A stretch of DNA of 64,000 nt from Sphyrna mokarran. Taxonomy: Eukaryota. Below the pieces are notes generated by a model. It was not told the origin of the DNA, made no database searches, and saw only the letters and a program-made list of their open reading frames with translations. Positions 52,101-63,524 of this stretch are shown here, piece by piece (the first letter of the stretch is position 1; every line of letters starts with the position of its first letter). The stretch is from contig JAGIQG010000009.1 of the NCBI GenBank assembly GCA_024679065.1, forward strand, positions 69,936,001-70,000,000, given 5' to 3'. The translations under genes were made by a program, and so were the position numbers.

Positions 52101-55100
52101 GCCTTCTTGAACTGCTGTTCAAGAAGTGGCATGTCTTTGAACAGAACTTTGAGGGTGGTGGTGTTCCCTAGGTATTTCTTCTTGGGGAAATTTTGCTGAT
52201 TCAACCTCCTGAGGCTCATCAAACAAAGCCAGACAAACCAAAAGGAGACAATTTTTCCAACAGCTTCTTAAAAAGAAAAAGATAGAAATGTTGAAGGGGA
52301 AGGATTTAACAAGCTGAGATACACAACAGACCATACTTAGTGGAACATGGAGCTCCAGAAGAATTTTAGAGATTCACAAGGATGAGAGAGATAGGAGGCC
52401 GTGGAGAAATCAGGATTATTCAAAAAATCAAATTCAGGCTTTGGTAAAGCAGGAAACATTTGGGTCAGCAAATAGAGATGGACGAATTCCAGATGAGATT
52501 AAATTTACAAAGGGGAGTTTAAAGTAGAAATTGTTTCTTTGTAAAGACCAAAGTGAAAAATTCTTCTTAAAGTAACATACAATTTATACTGAAGTCATCA
52601 GTTTTTCATTTGGAAACTCTTCTACAAATCTGCACTGTTTACTATATCTGACTGGAAGTTGGTTTAGCTCAGTTAGCTGGACAGCTGCTTCAATGCCAAC
52701 AGCATGGATTCAATTCCCATATTGGCTGAGATTATGCACAAAAGCCCCATCTTCTCAGTCTTGTCCCTTGACTTAGAATCCTCAGGTTAAATGTTTGAGA
52801 AGGAGAGCAGCCTATAGTCATTTTAGACTATGACAGTTTACCTTTTTTGCTCCATTAACTGAAACAGAAGAACATGCCTCTAAAAGTTGCACACATCTGT
52901 TTTCAGTAATTCTATATTGTGTGGATTCCACACATGCACAGACTCTACTGAGGCTAACCAATTTCATTCCTATTAAAATGGGGGTGAACGGGGGAGGTGG
53001 CAGTCGCCTGCTGTGTCACATGCAGTAGTAGTCTTATGCTGTTCGTTAATGAGATGACTCATTCTTAGAAATATTTTGCACTGCAGGGACAATTTTTACT
53101 TCATCTGTATTCAGCATGACAGCATTCAGGTCATAGATTAAATCCAAGGATAACTGTTCTTTCAAATCAATTCCAAAACTAGTGGCCTAAATTTTTAAGG
53201 ATATTGAATCAATTTAAAGTGAAGCACTGGAATTTTTGGAAATATCAGTAAATTCCGTCAGTGAAGTCAGCTGCATTACCTGAACTTTGTTAAGTGATAG
53301 TTTTTAAACAATTACATAGGAATTCCAGAGTTTAGAATCAAAACAGCTGAAAGTACAGCGGTCAATGGCAAGACAAAGGAAATCCAAGATGCACAAGAGG
53401 ATCAGAAATCTCAGTAATAGGTTTAAGAAAAATATCAAGATAGAGAGGGGAAAAAAGCAATGGAAATGTTACATATATTTCAGAAAGTTACCTTCACTAG
53501 AGGAAACAGTGGCTCGACGACTGAAATAAGACCACAGGAAGAAACTAGGATGTTTTATTGCACCAAGAATTTGTTTGTCACTAATTTCTTACTCTCATTT
53601 CCTTTCGTGAAAAGAAAATTAAGTACAGAGACATGTCCCATTCTCTCAACTCTAAAAAAAACTCAAGCTCTTAACGGACCATTCCCAATTCAACCCTCAA
53701 ACATAAGCTTCCAACTGAACATTTGACTTAGAGCTTCAGTGTATATAGTATTGTCCATGATATACAGAACTCAGATTCAAAGCTTAATTCTACATTATTG
53801 CTTATGGGCTGTTTAAAAGTTTTTGCTAATACCTTTGTTTTCTGTTACAGCATGAGTTTAGAGCTTAGGTAAAGAGCAACAGAAATCAGAATAATCTTAG
53901 GTTTAGGTCTCCAGTGAGTTAATTGATCTGATCCAGGGAATTAAAATGACACAAGCAATCTTGAAAGGAAAAAATAGGTACCTATGGTTTTTTTTATTAA
54001 TCTATGAATTATTCATAATTGCATGAGAGATGCAATCTGCTAATGAATGATTCCATTTGGAAGTGTTTCTTTCTTAACACAAAGAATCATCAGTTTGGAC
54101 CGTCAAGGCTTCCCTACTTGCAATTTGCCACAAAGCCCAAATCAAGTCATTTTAAGCATCTATACGCCATTGGCTGCTCACCATGAAAAAAAAACTGAAG
54201 CTTCACTATTTAAAGTTTTGATTAGCTGGTTTTGTGAATGGCCACTCTCCAGATGCATGACTGCATTAGATGGCAGTTTTTGAATCTTTCACAAGTGGTG
54301 TGGCCAGGGATGGGGGTTAGAAATAGTTGAGGTAAACAGAATTCTGGATATTTATGTTGATGCAATTTTATCATGCACCATTGAACATCTTCACGGTTGG
54401 ACTATTCTCCTTGGCGAGGCAGCGGCTAAGAGAAGTTCGAATAGTTATGTCCAAATCATGAGGGGGGCTGGAAAGATTAGATAAGAAACTGTTTCTGTTA
54501 ATCAAGGGATCAAGAATGAGAGGGCAAGAATTTAAAGTGATTTGCAAAAGAAGCAAAAGAAGGAAAAAATACCACTCAATGGGTGGTTTGGGTCTGGAAT
54601 ACACTGTCTGGAATTGTGATGGAGGCAGGTTCAAATAAGGCGTTCAATGATGACATTAATATAAACAATGTGCAGGGATATAAGGAAAAGGCAAGACAAT
54701 GGCCCTAAGTATAATGTTCATTTGGAGAGCCAGGTCAGTCACAATGGATTTCTGCTGCAATAACAATTTTTAGAGGCAATCCAACAGTTTAACATGGTAG
54801 ATATGGTCTGGAATGGTGTTTGCAGCACTCTTATGGGAGACCACCATGAGAAAGTTTCCATATAATTTTTTTTAAATATAGGAATGGCAACAGTTCACAA
54901 TCTTGTATTCCAAATGAAGTAGAATTTAGTCATATCAAATTAAACTTAATCTTTGATTAGTGCACTTGGTTCTGGTGAACTTAGATTCCCACCTTCCTCA
55001 CTGGTCACAAAGAAAAGTGATTTTAAACAAATATTTGCATCCAAAAGTGGCAATCATTTAAAAAACAGGAGACATTGGGATTCAATATTTCAACCTTTCA

Positions 55101-58100
55101 TCAGCTGGTTTGCTTTAATGCATCATCTTTTGTTCTGTACTAATGTATTTTTTATTTAGAAATATTGAGGGGTAAGACAAATACAGAGAGAGTCAGTAAT
55201 GTGATTGTTGTAGTCTGGAATGGTTTTCACTACAATAATATATGAAGCTAATCCTAAATGATTCTTACGGGTAGAACCAGCACCCCAGCAATTCCCTTTT
55301 ACACAGATTCTGACTCAAGCAGAGTTTAGTCAGAGATTGGATCAAACTTCTTGACTGAGTTCGTTTCTGAGGAACATGACTTTCTATTTTCCTTGCACTT
55401 TGGACTATCAAAGTTTTCATGGCTATGGTCATAAAGCAGGTATTTTTAAGCAAGTATTTACATTCAAAATTCAACCCATTCAACTACACACCCCTCACCC
55501 CAACCCTTAAGCTGAAGGTGCAGTATTTCAAGCCTTCATCACCTGGGTTTGTCAAATACCCTTCATGGCCTGGCAAATTCTTCACTTTTATAATCAAGCT
55601 GGGGGATGAATCCTAGTTGAATGAAGTGTACAAGAGGACAAGGAGTACCAGACTGGCCTAAAAATGTGATGCAAACGGAGTGAAATTACCACACAGGGCT
55701 ATTTGCTGCTGAACAACATAAACAGCAAGGTGATACACTATGTATCAGAGCCAAGCTCTGCAGTCTTGCCACATCTAATCGTGAATGGTGGTGGACAATT
55801 AAACAGGTGGAAGCAGATCCACAATTTTCCCCATTCTCGGCACATCTGTGCAAAGCTGAAGCAGGATTTGCAATAACGTTTGCCCAGAAGTGCCACGTGG
55901 ATGATCCATTTTGGCCTCTCCTGTGAACCAAGGATCATTGATGCTGATCTTCAGCAAATTTGATTCACTTCATCTAATAAACATCTGAAGTCATTGCATA
56001 CCACAAAGGTAAGGACCACCAACAACATTACATCAATAGTACTGAGGATTTGTGCTTGAGAATTTGCTGTGCCCCTACCTAAGCTGTTCCAATCCAGATA
56101 CAACACTGGAGTCTACCCAACAATGTGGAAATATGCCCAGGTAGGTTCGGCAGCCCAGCAAATCACGGAATAACCTGCGCACAAGTGTTGAGTTTGGATT
56201 CAGTCATTGGATCAAACTTACTTTTTGACCGAGTCGGTTCCTGAAGGACACAGCTTATTATCTTCCTCGCACGTTGGGATATCAAAGTTTTCAGAGCTGT
56301 GGTCATAAAGCAGTTAATTTTAAGCAAGTATTTGCATTCAAAATTAAACCCATTCCCCACCCCCCCTACTCTCCTGTTTAAGATGCAGTACTTCAAAAAC
56401 CTTAATCAGCTGGTTTTGTTGAACAGAGCAACCCTTCATGGCCAGGCAAATTCCTCACTTTTATAAATCAAGCTGCAGAACCAACACTAGTTACAAGTGT
56501 ACAAGAGGACAATCCAAGGCTGACCTAAAAATGCGGCGTTCAACCTGATGAAACTACAACACGGCTATTTGCTCCTAACCACATAAACAACAAGGTGATA
56601 GACTGTGGATCAGAGCCAAGCTCTGCAGTCTTGCCACATCTAATTATGAATGGTGGTGGACAATTAAACAACCCACTGGAGGAGGCAAGTCCATATTTAT
56701 TCCCAACTCCCAGCACATCTGTGCAGAAGACAAAGCTGAAAAAGCATCTGTTTCAATGCCAAGATCCCATGGGATGTGGGAGACAGCCACATCCCATGTA
56801 TGGATCAAAAAATAGTCAATGACTCGCTACTTCTGCAGGTATTTTGCTCATGTCAACCATGCCCACCACTTGAGGAAAACACCAGATAAATCCTGGCCTA
56901 TTCTGGAGGCAACCTCAGCAATGGCACCAGTAGTACTGACTGTGTGTTTGCTGAAACATCCCAGTGATTGGCAGGCAGTTCTGGACACCAGACAACACTA
57001 TTTATTGGATCAGGTCCATGGCAGCAGGCGACTACCAGCAACATGCCATCATTTCTGCTGGGTACACTTGCAGTCACTGGAGAGTTTTCCCCCTGATTTC
57101 CCATTGACTCCAGTATTGCTTGGATTTCTTGATGCTGACGGCAGTCACTCTGACCTTGCCTCTTGATTTCAAAACTAGTAGAAGGGCTTTGCTTTCACCC
57201 ACAAAACCTCCCCCTCCCTCTCCCAAAACACAGGCATACAAAAAGTTAACTGCCTCTAGTAATAATAGAAACATTAGACAAAAAAAATTATTTGTCACAG
57301 GTATAGCTTACATAAACACTACAAATAAGTTATTGTTAAACTCCCCTAGTCACCATAATCCGGCACCTGTTAAAGTCAACGTACTTCCTAACTAGTCCAT
57401 CTTTCAGAATGTGGGAGGAAACCCACACAGACACAGGGGGAATGTGCAAAGTCCAGTGACACAAGCTGCAAATCGAACTGGGTTCTTGGCATTGAAACAG
57501 ACGTGCTAACCACTGTATTACCACACCAGGCTGTCAATCAATTCCTCTCACATGATTGCTATAGTATTTGCTACACTATTACATGCCTTTATGAGCAAGT
57601 TCCTACATTAATCTACAGGAATTGCTCGCTCTCCATCCATTCACATTTACGTTGTCATGTTCTGAATGAATTGCTGTCACACATAAGATTAAACTTACTT
57701 TATGACTACTGTAATGTTTCCTGGAGAAACATGATTTTCATTTTCCTCGCTATTTGGAGTGTCACAGTTTCTGCAGGTGCAATTGATCACAAAGAAAAGT
57801 GATTTTACACAAATGCTTACATCCACAAGTCATTTAAAAAAGAGGAAACTGGGATTCAATGTTTCAACCTTTGATCACCTGGTTTACTTAATGCATCATC
57901 TTTTGTTCTATATCAATGTATTTTTTATTGAGACATACTGAGGAATAAGACAAATACAGAGAGAGTCAGTAATGTGATTCTTGTAGTCTGGAATGGTTTT
58001 CACTGCAATGTTATATGAAGCTCTTCATAAATGATTTTTACAGGTAGAACCAGCACCCCAGCAATTCCCTTTTACACAGATTCTGACTCAAGCAGAGTTT

Positions 58101-61083
58101 AGTCAGAGATTGGATCAAACTTACTGTTTGACTGAGTTAGTTTCTGAAGAACATGACTTTCTATCTTCCTCACATTTTGGGCTGTCAAAGTTTTCATAGT
58201 CATAAAGCATGTCATTTTAGGCAAATATTTGCAATCAAAATTAAATCCATTAAACCGCCATCCCTTCTTAAGCTGAAGGAGCAGTATTTCAAGCCTTCAT
58301 CATCTGGGGTTGTTGAATACCCTTCATGGCCTGGCAAATTCCTTACTATTATAATCAAGCTGTGAGGTCAACCTTATTTGAATGAAATGTACAAGAGGTC
58401 AAGGAGTGCCACACTGGCCTAAAAATGTGACACAAGTCTGGTGAAACTACAGCACAGGGCTATTTGTGGCTGAACAGCATAAACAGCAAGATGATAACTG
58501 TGGATCAGAGCCCAGCTCTACAGTCTTGCCACATTTAATCGTGAATGGCAGTGGACAATTAAACAGGCGGAGGGGGGTCCACAATTTTCCCCATTCTCGG
58601 CACATCTGTGCAAAGCTGAAACAGCATTTGCAATAACCTTTGCCCAGAAGTGCCAAGTGGATGATCCATTTTGAGTGAAGTTGGTAGTTAAGGCGGCAAA
58701 TATGTTAGCATTCATTTCAAGAGGACTAGAATACAAAAGCAGGGATGTATTGCAAAGGCTGTATAAAGGTTCTGGTTGCACCACATTTAGAATATTGAAA
58801 GCAATTGTCGGTCCTACATCCAAGGAAGGATATACTGGCTTTGAGGACAGAGTCTGGAGGAAGTTCATGAGGATTATTTTGTGATTGAAAAGTTTGATGA
58901 ATAAGAAACATTTAGAATTCTGGGTCTGTACTCAAATAGAGCTTTCAGCCCATAACAATCCCACCCTAACCCTGTAACCTCACGTATTTATCCTGCTAAT
59001 TCCCCCCACACCCCCCCCTCTCCCCCCAACACTAAAGGCCAATCTATCTAGCTTGCACATGTTTTGGATTGTGGGAGAAAACTGGAGCACTTGGCAGAAA
59101 CCTACACTGACACAGTGACAACGTGCAAACTCCGCACAGAAGCGACTGAATCCAGGAATTGAACCCAGGCCCTTGGCGCTGTGAGGCAGCAGTGCTAACC
59201 ACCATGCCATCCAAAATAACGATGCCCAATATAATTGTTACATTTTAGATTGCAGCTGGAGTTGGAAGGTGTATAATGAGACAAAGTCCAGAGTCAGAGT
59301 TTATCAAATCATCATTAGGGTGCACAGTGAAGGTTTCATTTGTATTTACAATTAAGGTTTTGGGTGAATTTTCAATCTTTGTCAGGATTTGGTGTTTGGT
59401 GAAAAGCAACATTGTGTTTTACTTATTTTGGAAGCCCCTAACCCAGAATGGAGGGCTGGAAGCTCTGCCAGAGTCCTTCATTAAAAAGTTTGCGAAGTCT
59501 GAAGTCAGGATCTCAGAGGGTAGACTTGCTGCTCCAACCTGCTGCTTAGTACTTACTGCAATTTGCAGCCAGTTAACATAATCAGTGATCAAGAAGCTGC
59601 TCACTCAGTCACAACAACCTCCTGTGGTGTGGTGATCTGAATCTGCTGGTTAGTCAACTAGATGAGTAAGCCACCAAAAATGTGAGCCCAGGCCTAATTG
59701 CCTTGCCTTGAAGCTTCCTTTGACAAAAGGAACAAGTTAATCAGCAGACTGAATCATAACTAGACTCAGGGTTACACACAAGAGAGACACAAGAGAACAA
59801 TTTGGAACTTTGGTGTTTCTCCATTTAATCAACAAGGAAGCAGTTTATCTGTTCAAGTACCCACAAGACATGTCACCTTCAGCAATGTTTTTGTGCAGTT
59901 GTTCCAAATCATGCCCCACCAATGTTTAGATGTGGGCAGAAGGAAAGGGAGGGTGAAATTTATGGTATTCAGAACTTCATTTTGAATGGACTTGTCTTAA
60001 ATTACTCTAGAAATAATGGAACAAGGTATATCCCTGCAGAACTGCTTATTTGTCCATTCTATCAATGAAAGTCCATTAATTGAGTTTGTAGTTGGGATAC
60101 TACAGTGATCTGTAGCATTGTTACTGATGTAGGTTCCACACATACCTAAAACTGAAGCTTTTGTATAAGACCTGTTTCTTGTCATGAGCTTTATTTGAAT
60201 TGTTAGATTGATGAAAATGATGATCTTTGAACCTTATAATTGTGAAAATACTTGTTGAAGAATCAATCTTTTGCAATAATTTTGGTCTGATACAGTCATA
60301 TCCTGGAATAGTTTAAATTAGAGGGTCATTAGTTGGAGCAACATCAAGGGCCGAAGGGCCTGTACTGCACTGTAATGTTCTATGTTCTATTATAAGGATG
60401 AGGGGGGAATCTCATTGAAACTTATAGAATTCAGAAAGGCCTGGATAGAGTGGGTGAGAAGATGTTTCCATTAGTAGGAGACCGGAATCACAGGGCACAA
60501 ACTTAGGGCTGACCCTTAAGAACCAAGATGAAGGGGAATTTCTTCTGCTAGAGGGTGGTGAATCTATGAAATTCATTACCACAGAAGACCAGGTGTATTT
60601 AAGGCAGAGAATGATGGGTTTGAATTGGTAAGGAGATTAAAGGCGAATGTGGTCGAGAAACATATCAGCCATGACTGAAATGTGGGGCAGATTCAATGGA
60701 CTGAATATCTAATTTTGTTCCCATATTTCATGGTCAGTATGCTAATCCCATGACCAGTGACTGTTGGTATTCCTGGAAGATGAGCTTCAGATTAACAACA
60801 TGGAAATAATCTGACCAAAAAAATCCTTTTCTGCCATTGCCATTAAACAACAGATGCCACTTATTTGTTCTCACCCGTCCATCAAGAGTTCCAGCACACG
60901 ATCAGCAGTAGTAAAAGCTCTATATGTTGCGAGGAATATGCTGATATAGGTGAAATCGTTGTTGTCAAAAGCTGTTAATACATTTTCGATAAGCTTTCCT
61001 AAGGTCCCAGCCTTAATTATACGGACTCTGCGTGTTTCAGACCGACTGACGGTGTGACCTGGAGGCACCTCGTCTCCTTCCAC
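22001..61083 (-). CDS. RGL1: RalGDS-like gene (RGL1-like), exons ~3-17; first exons lie beyond 64000, terminal exon missing at the gap
   Basis: 15 exon positions with phase-compatible splice sites translate to REM ([23 protein letters not shown]), RasGEF ([37 protein letters not shown]) and RA ([14 protein letters not shown]) motifs. RGL1-type strings [13 protein letters not shown] and TSPKPRK are present. Exact orthology (RGL1 versus a diverged paralogue) is untested. Confidence 0.88.
25029..25523 (-). CDS. RGL1: exon 16 (495 nt): Ser/Pro-rich repeat linker plus RA domain start ([19 protein letters not shown])
   Basis: ttctgcag|TCA and TTG|gtaagt; open for 165 codons, phase 0 to 0. Confidence 0.87.
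27037..27235 (-). CDS. RGL1: exon 15 (199 nt): [39 protein letters not shown]...PQKKLTE
   Basis: tcgtgcag|C and GAG|gtattt; LFLG, TPTK and SGSSxES motifs. Confidence 0.87.
32370..32468 (-). CDS. RGL1: exon 14 (99 nt): [32 protein letters not shown]
   Basis: cctgcag|C and AG|gtattt; phase 2 to 2; SCE and TSPKPRK motifs. Confidence 0.85.
34700..34821 (-). CDS. RGL1: exon 13 (122 nt): [40 protein letters not shown]
   Basis: ttttag|GAA and AG|gtaaga. Confidence 0.95.
35842..37041 (+). mobile_element. mirror copy of the Penelope-like element
   Basis: Reverse complement of 6786-7985. Confidence 0.85.
37337..37369 (-). CDS. RGL1: exon 12 (33 nt): [11 protein letters not shown]
   Basis: catatag| and |gttagt; NFEKRR motif. 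Confidence 0.93.
38264..38350 (-). CDS. RGL1: exon 11 (87 nt): [29 protein letters not shown]
   Basis: ttttatag| acceptor; donor is gcaagt; [13 protein letters not shown] RasGEF signature. Confidence 0.92.
39743..39838 (-). CDS. RGL1: exon 10 (96 nt): [32 protein letters not shown]
   Basis: EGTSKFA motif; cttcaaag| acceptor, |gtgtgt donor. Confidence 0.85.
43864..43948 (-). CDS. RGL1: exon 9 (85 nt): [28 protein letters not shown]
   Basis: cttgactag|G and AAG|gtaaga; phase 2 to 0. Confidence 0.88.
44560..44758 (-). mobile_element. HE1-like SINE, truncated
   Basis: tgcaaactccacag..aattgaacccaggtccctggcgct core plus CR1-like tail ggccattcagccca. Confidence 0.78.
44909..45012 (-). CDS. RGL1: exon 8 (104 nt): [34 protein letters not shown]
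   Basis: ttccaacag|AAA and AA|gtaagt; NFSSL...LKKTW motif. Confidence 0.95.
45219..45335 (+). repeat. polypurine G/A tract
   Basis: About 117 nt, almost all G/A, with many GGG runs. Confidence 0.9.
45580..45872. mobile_element. short palindromic Penelope-terminus element with 12-bp TSD tctacaaaagga
   Basis: Start gtcatgatgtagagatgctggcgttggactggggtaaa matches the end of the 6786-7985 element; arms are inverted; TSD at 45568-45579 and 45873-45884. Confidence 0.82.
47446..47661 (-). CDS. RGL1: exon 7 (216 nt): [20 protein letters not shown]...[14 protein letters not shown]
   Basis: tgatcag|TAC and CAG|gtatga; conserved RalGDS-family GEF segment. Confidence 0.95.
48900..49440 (+). mobile_element. 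CR1-type LINE 3' fragment
   Basis: [18 protein letters not shown] and a CR1-like tail gggctgaagggcccgtttccatgct. Confidence 0.8.
49957..50090 (-). CDS. RGL1: exon 6 (134 nt), ends [19 protein letters not shown]
   Basis: tatacag|AT and GCT|gtgagt; RasGEF AEQLT motif. Confidence 0.92.
51730..51923 (-). CDS. RGL1: exon 5 (194 nt): [64 protein letters not shown]
   Basis: tttccag|T and T|gtaaga; REM WLD..EDF and MPGS motifs. Confidence 0.92.
54370..54770 (+). mobile_element. CR1-type LINE 3' fragment
   Basis: Degenerate similarity to the other CR1 tails; boundaries approximate. Confidence 0.6.
55348..55422 (-). CDS. RGL1: exon 4 copy A (75 nt): [24 protein letters not shown](N)
   Basis: gaccatag|C acceptor, weaker AA|gtttga donor, open frame, phase 2 to 2. 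Confidence 0.55.
56222..56296 (-). CDS. RGL1: exon 4 copy B (75 nt): [24 protein letters not shown](N)
   Basis: gaccacag|C acceptor, AA|gtaagt donor, phase 2 to 2; joins exon 3 to exon 5 in frame; resembles the RGL1 SPxCEED segment. Confidence 0.8.
57285..57530 (-). mobile_element. HE1-like SINE
   Basis: gaggaaacccacacagacacaggggg..tgcaaa..aatcgaac..gtgctaaccactg. Confidence 0.75.
58125..58199 (-). pseudogene. exon 4 copy C, pseudo-exon: [24 protein letters not shown]; acceptor AG deleted
   Basis: Open frame and gtaagt donor. Upstream reads gctttatgac-tatgaa where copies A/B read gctttatgacca(t/c)agc, a 6-nt loss removing the AG. Confidence 0.7.
58945..59210 (-). mobile_element. HE1-like SINE
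   Basis: ggaattgaacccaggcccttggcgctgtgaggcagcagtgctaaccaccatgcca. Confidence 0.85.
60380..60730 (+). mobile_element. CR1-type LINE 3' end
   Basis: aggatgaggggg..ctcattgaaacttatagaat, gagggtggtgaatctatg; same tail family as 31240-31560. Confidence 0.75.
60875..61083 (-). CDS. RGL1: exon 3 (209 nt), REM domain start: [70 protein letters not shown]
   Basis: cccctag|GTG acceptor, GG|gtgaga donor, phase 0 to 2. Confidence 0.93.
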
Positions 61084-61889
61084 CTAGGGGATGCAAAGAT
61101 AAGAAGATCAATGCCATGCAAAAGTACAGTAACAAGGACATTCATTTCCATAACATTTTACATAGTGTAGACATTACAAGATGCCTCACAGAATCATTAT
61201 TAAATGAAATTGAGATTAAGTCTTGAAGAGAAATACTTGATCAGAGCTATACATTTTTAAAGAGGAATCTTTTAGCAGTAGAGGCAATGAGTTTAGGAAG
61301 GAATTCCAGAATTTAAGGATTAGGCATTTGAAGGTCTGGTCACCAATCACAGAATGAAACAAAATCAGGGATAAACCATAAGAGTGCATGCATTGCAAGA
61401 CTGGAGGTGGTTACAACGCAAGGGAGGCTGATTTTGTTCAGTATTATTTGACATTAACTGGTTATTTCATGTACTATGGAAACCATTTCATGCAAAATAG
61501 TTAAAGCCAAAACATTACGTACATGTGACTAGTTCACTGATGATTGGAGGAATTAGTGCACTGGAGCATGAAAAAATGCAGAGGGTAACCCCCCAATAGA
61601 TGACAAAAGAGAAAGCTTCCCAATGGAGCCAAATAAGAATGTTCCAAGTTCCAATGCTGTCCAGCTGGAGCAGGACAAGGGGGTTCCACAATTAAACTCA
61701 TGAATAGGGAGGAAAAGAAAAAAGCCTTTGTTGGGTAAGGTGTCAGGGAGGGGTAATACCTTAGATGGGGGAACACATGGCATCCTTTCAGGGCGGTTTG
61801 TCCATCCTTTGTCCCTACTTGGCACTCAGCTCTTACCTGTCGGCTCCCGTAGCTGTTTGCATACAACAGCAGGAATCTGGATAGGGATC

Positions 61890-62590
61890 GCAATCGTTTA
61901 CAATTTATATAGATGATTTGGAGTTGGGGACCAAGTAAATATCTAAGTTCACAGATGACATGAAGATGACTGGTGGAGCAAAGTGTGCAAGAACATCTGC
62001 AAAGGGATATAGATGGTTTGTGGGTAGAGCATGAAGTACAAATGTTGTTAAATATGAAGTCATCCATTTAGGTAGGAACATCAGCAAATTGGATTACTAC
62101 TTAAATGGTAAAAAATTGTAGCATGCTGCTGTGCAGAAGAACCTGGTGTCGTTGTGCATGAATCACATAAAGTTGGTTTGCAGGTGCAGCAGGTAATTAA
62201 AATAAATGGGATTTTGTCCTTAATTGCTGGAGGGAGGGAGTTTAAAAACAGGGAGATTATGTTGCAGCTTTATAAGGTGCTGGTGAAATCACACCTGGAA
62301 TATTGTGTACAGCTTTGATTTCCTTACTTAAGGACATAATGGCACTTGTTGAGGGGATGCAGAGGAGATTAATGAGTTGGTTCTGGAGTTGAAGATTGGG
62401 TTATGATGAGACTAAGACCATGCTCACTGGAATGAAGAATGAGGTAGGAATCTTACAAACATAAAATTAAGAGAATTTAGGAGAGAAGCAGAGAAGTTGT
62501 TTCCACTGGCAGAAGAAACTAGAACTTAGGGGGCATAGTCTCAAAATAAGGGGAAGCAGATTTAGGACTGAGTTGAGGAGTAACTTCTTC
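61890..62590 (+). mobile_element. CR1-type LINE ORF2 fragment
   Basis: FTIYIDDL..SKFTDD, EVIHLGR, LVKSHLEYCVQ; degenerate. Confidence 0.85.
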
Positions 62591-62659
62591 ATACAAACAA
62601 AACACTTCAGAGAAGGAAGCAAGAGTGCAGGATGTAGTGATACAGTCATGGCTAGAAAG

Positions 62660-63500
62660 ATCAACTTAACGCAAGATAAGTCCATTCAGTAGTCTGACAG
62701 CAACAGGAAAGAAGATGTTCTTGAGTCGGTTGGTATGTGACCTCAGACTTTTGTATCTTTTTCCCGAAGGTAGGTGGTGGAAGAGAGAATATCCAAAGTG
62801 CATGAGGTCCTTAATTATGCTTGCTGCTTTGCCTAGGCAGCAGGAAGTGGAGACAGAGTAAAGGGGTGGGAGGCCTGGTTTGCGTGATGGATTGGACGAC
62901 ATTCACAACCGTTTGAAGATCCTTGCTGTCATGGGCAGAGCAGGAGCCATACCAAACTGTCCCGAAAGAATGCTTTCCATGATGCTTCTGTAAAAGTTGG
63001 AAATTTTCTTAGTCTTGAGAAAGTAGAGGTGTTGGCGGGCTTTCTTAATTACAGTGTCAGCACTGGGGGGACCAGGACAAGTTGATGGTGATCTGGATAC
63101 CTAAAAACATGAAGCTGTCAACCTTTCTACTTTGTCCCTGTTGATGTAGACAGGTCCCTGAAGGAGATGAATTCTCCTTTGTTTTGTTGACATTGAGGTA
63201 GAGATTATTGTTGCTGCATCAGTTCAGATTCTCTCTCTCCTGTACTTTGTCTTGTCATTGTTTGAGATCTGACTCACTACAGTGGTGTCGTCAGCAAACT
63301 TGAAAATCAAATTGAAGGGGAAATTAGTCACCGTTATAAGCGTATAACGAATATAGTAGGGGGCTGAGAGAAAGCCTGTGGGGCACCAGTGTTGTGGATG
63401 ATCGTTTAGGTGGTGCTGTTACCTATTCTTACTGACTGTGGTCTGAGAGTTAGGAAGTTCAGAATCTATTCGCAGAGGGAGGTACCAAGGCCTAGGCCAT
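62660..63500 (-). mobile_element. Rex1/Babar-type LINE 3' fragment
   Basis: FKFADDTTVV near 63270-63310; IIKD..H.GYSLFHHLPSGKRYKSLRSHTNRLKNIFFPVAVRLLN C-terminus. Confidence 0.8.
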
Positions 63501-63524
63501 GGAATTCAGAAATAAATATACTCC

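Larger units (their letters stand above)
55003..58673. repeat. dispersed tandem triplication: A about 55003-55912, B about 56190-56745, C about 57785-58673
   Basis: Shared strings ttggatcaaactt, cccttcatggcc, gtacaagagg, cagtcttgccacat and gtggacaattaaaca in all three; A and C share about 900 bp. Confidence 0.92.

Noticed and set aside
55265-55605. TATAAAAG plus [14 protein letters not shown]...WFYP as an alternative first exon
   Set aside because: It is an off-frame reading of exon 4 copy A; the frame is not kept across copies and TATA-like words are common in AT-rich introns
60146-60232. 87-nt open phase 2-2 segment ([12 protein letters not shown]...) with ag/gtatgt ends, first considered as exon 4
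   Set aside because: No resemblance to RGL1; the 75-nt SPxCEE exons fit far better
61534-62067. 177-aa minus-strand ORF
   Set aside because: Largely antisense to a decayed CR1 fragment; no domain recognised
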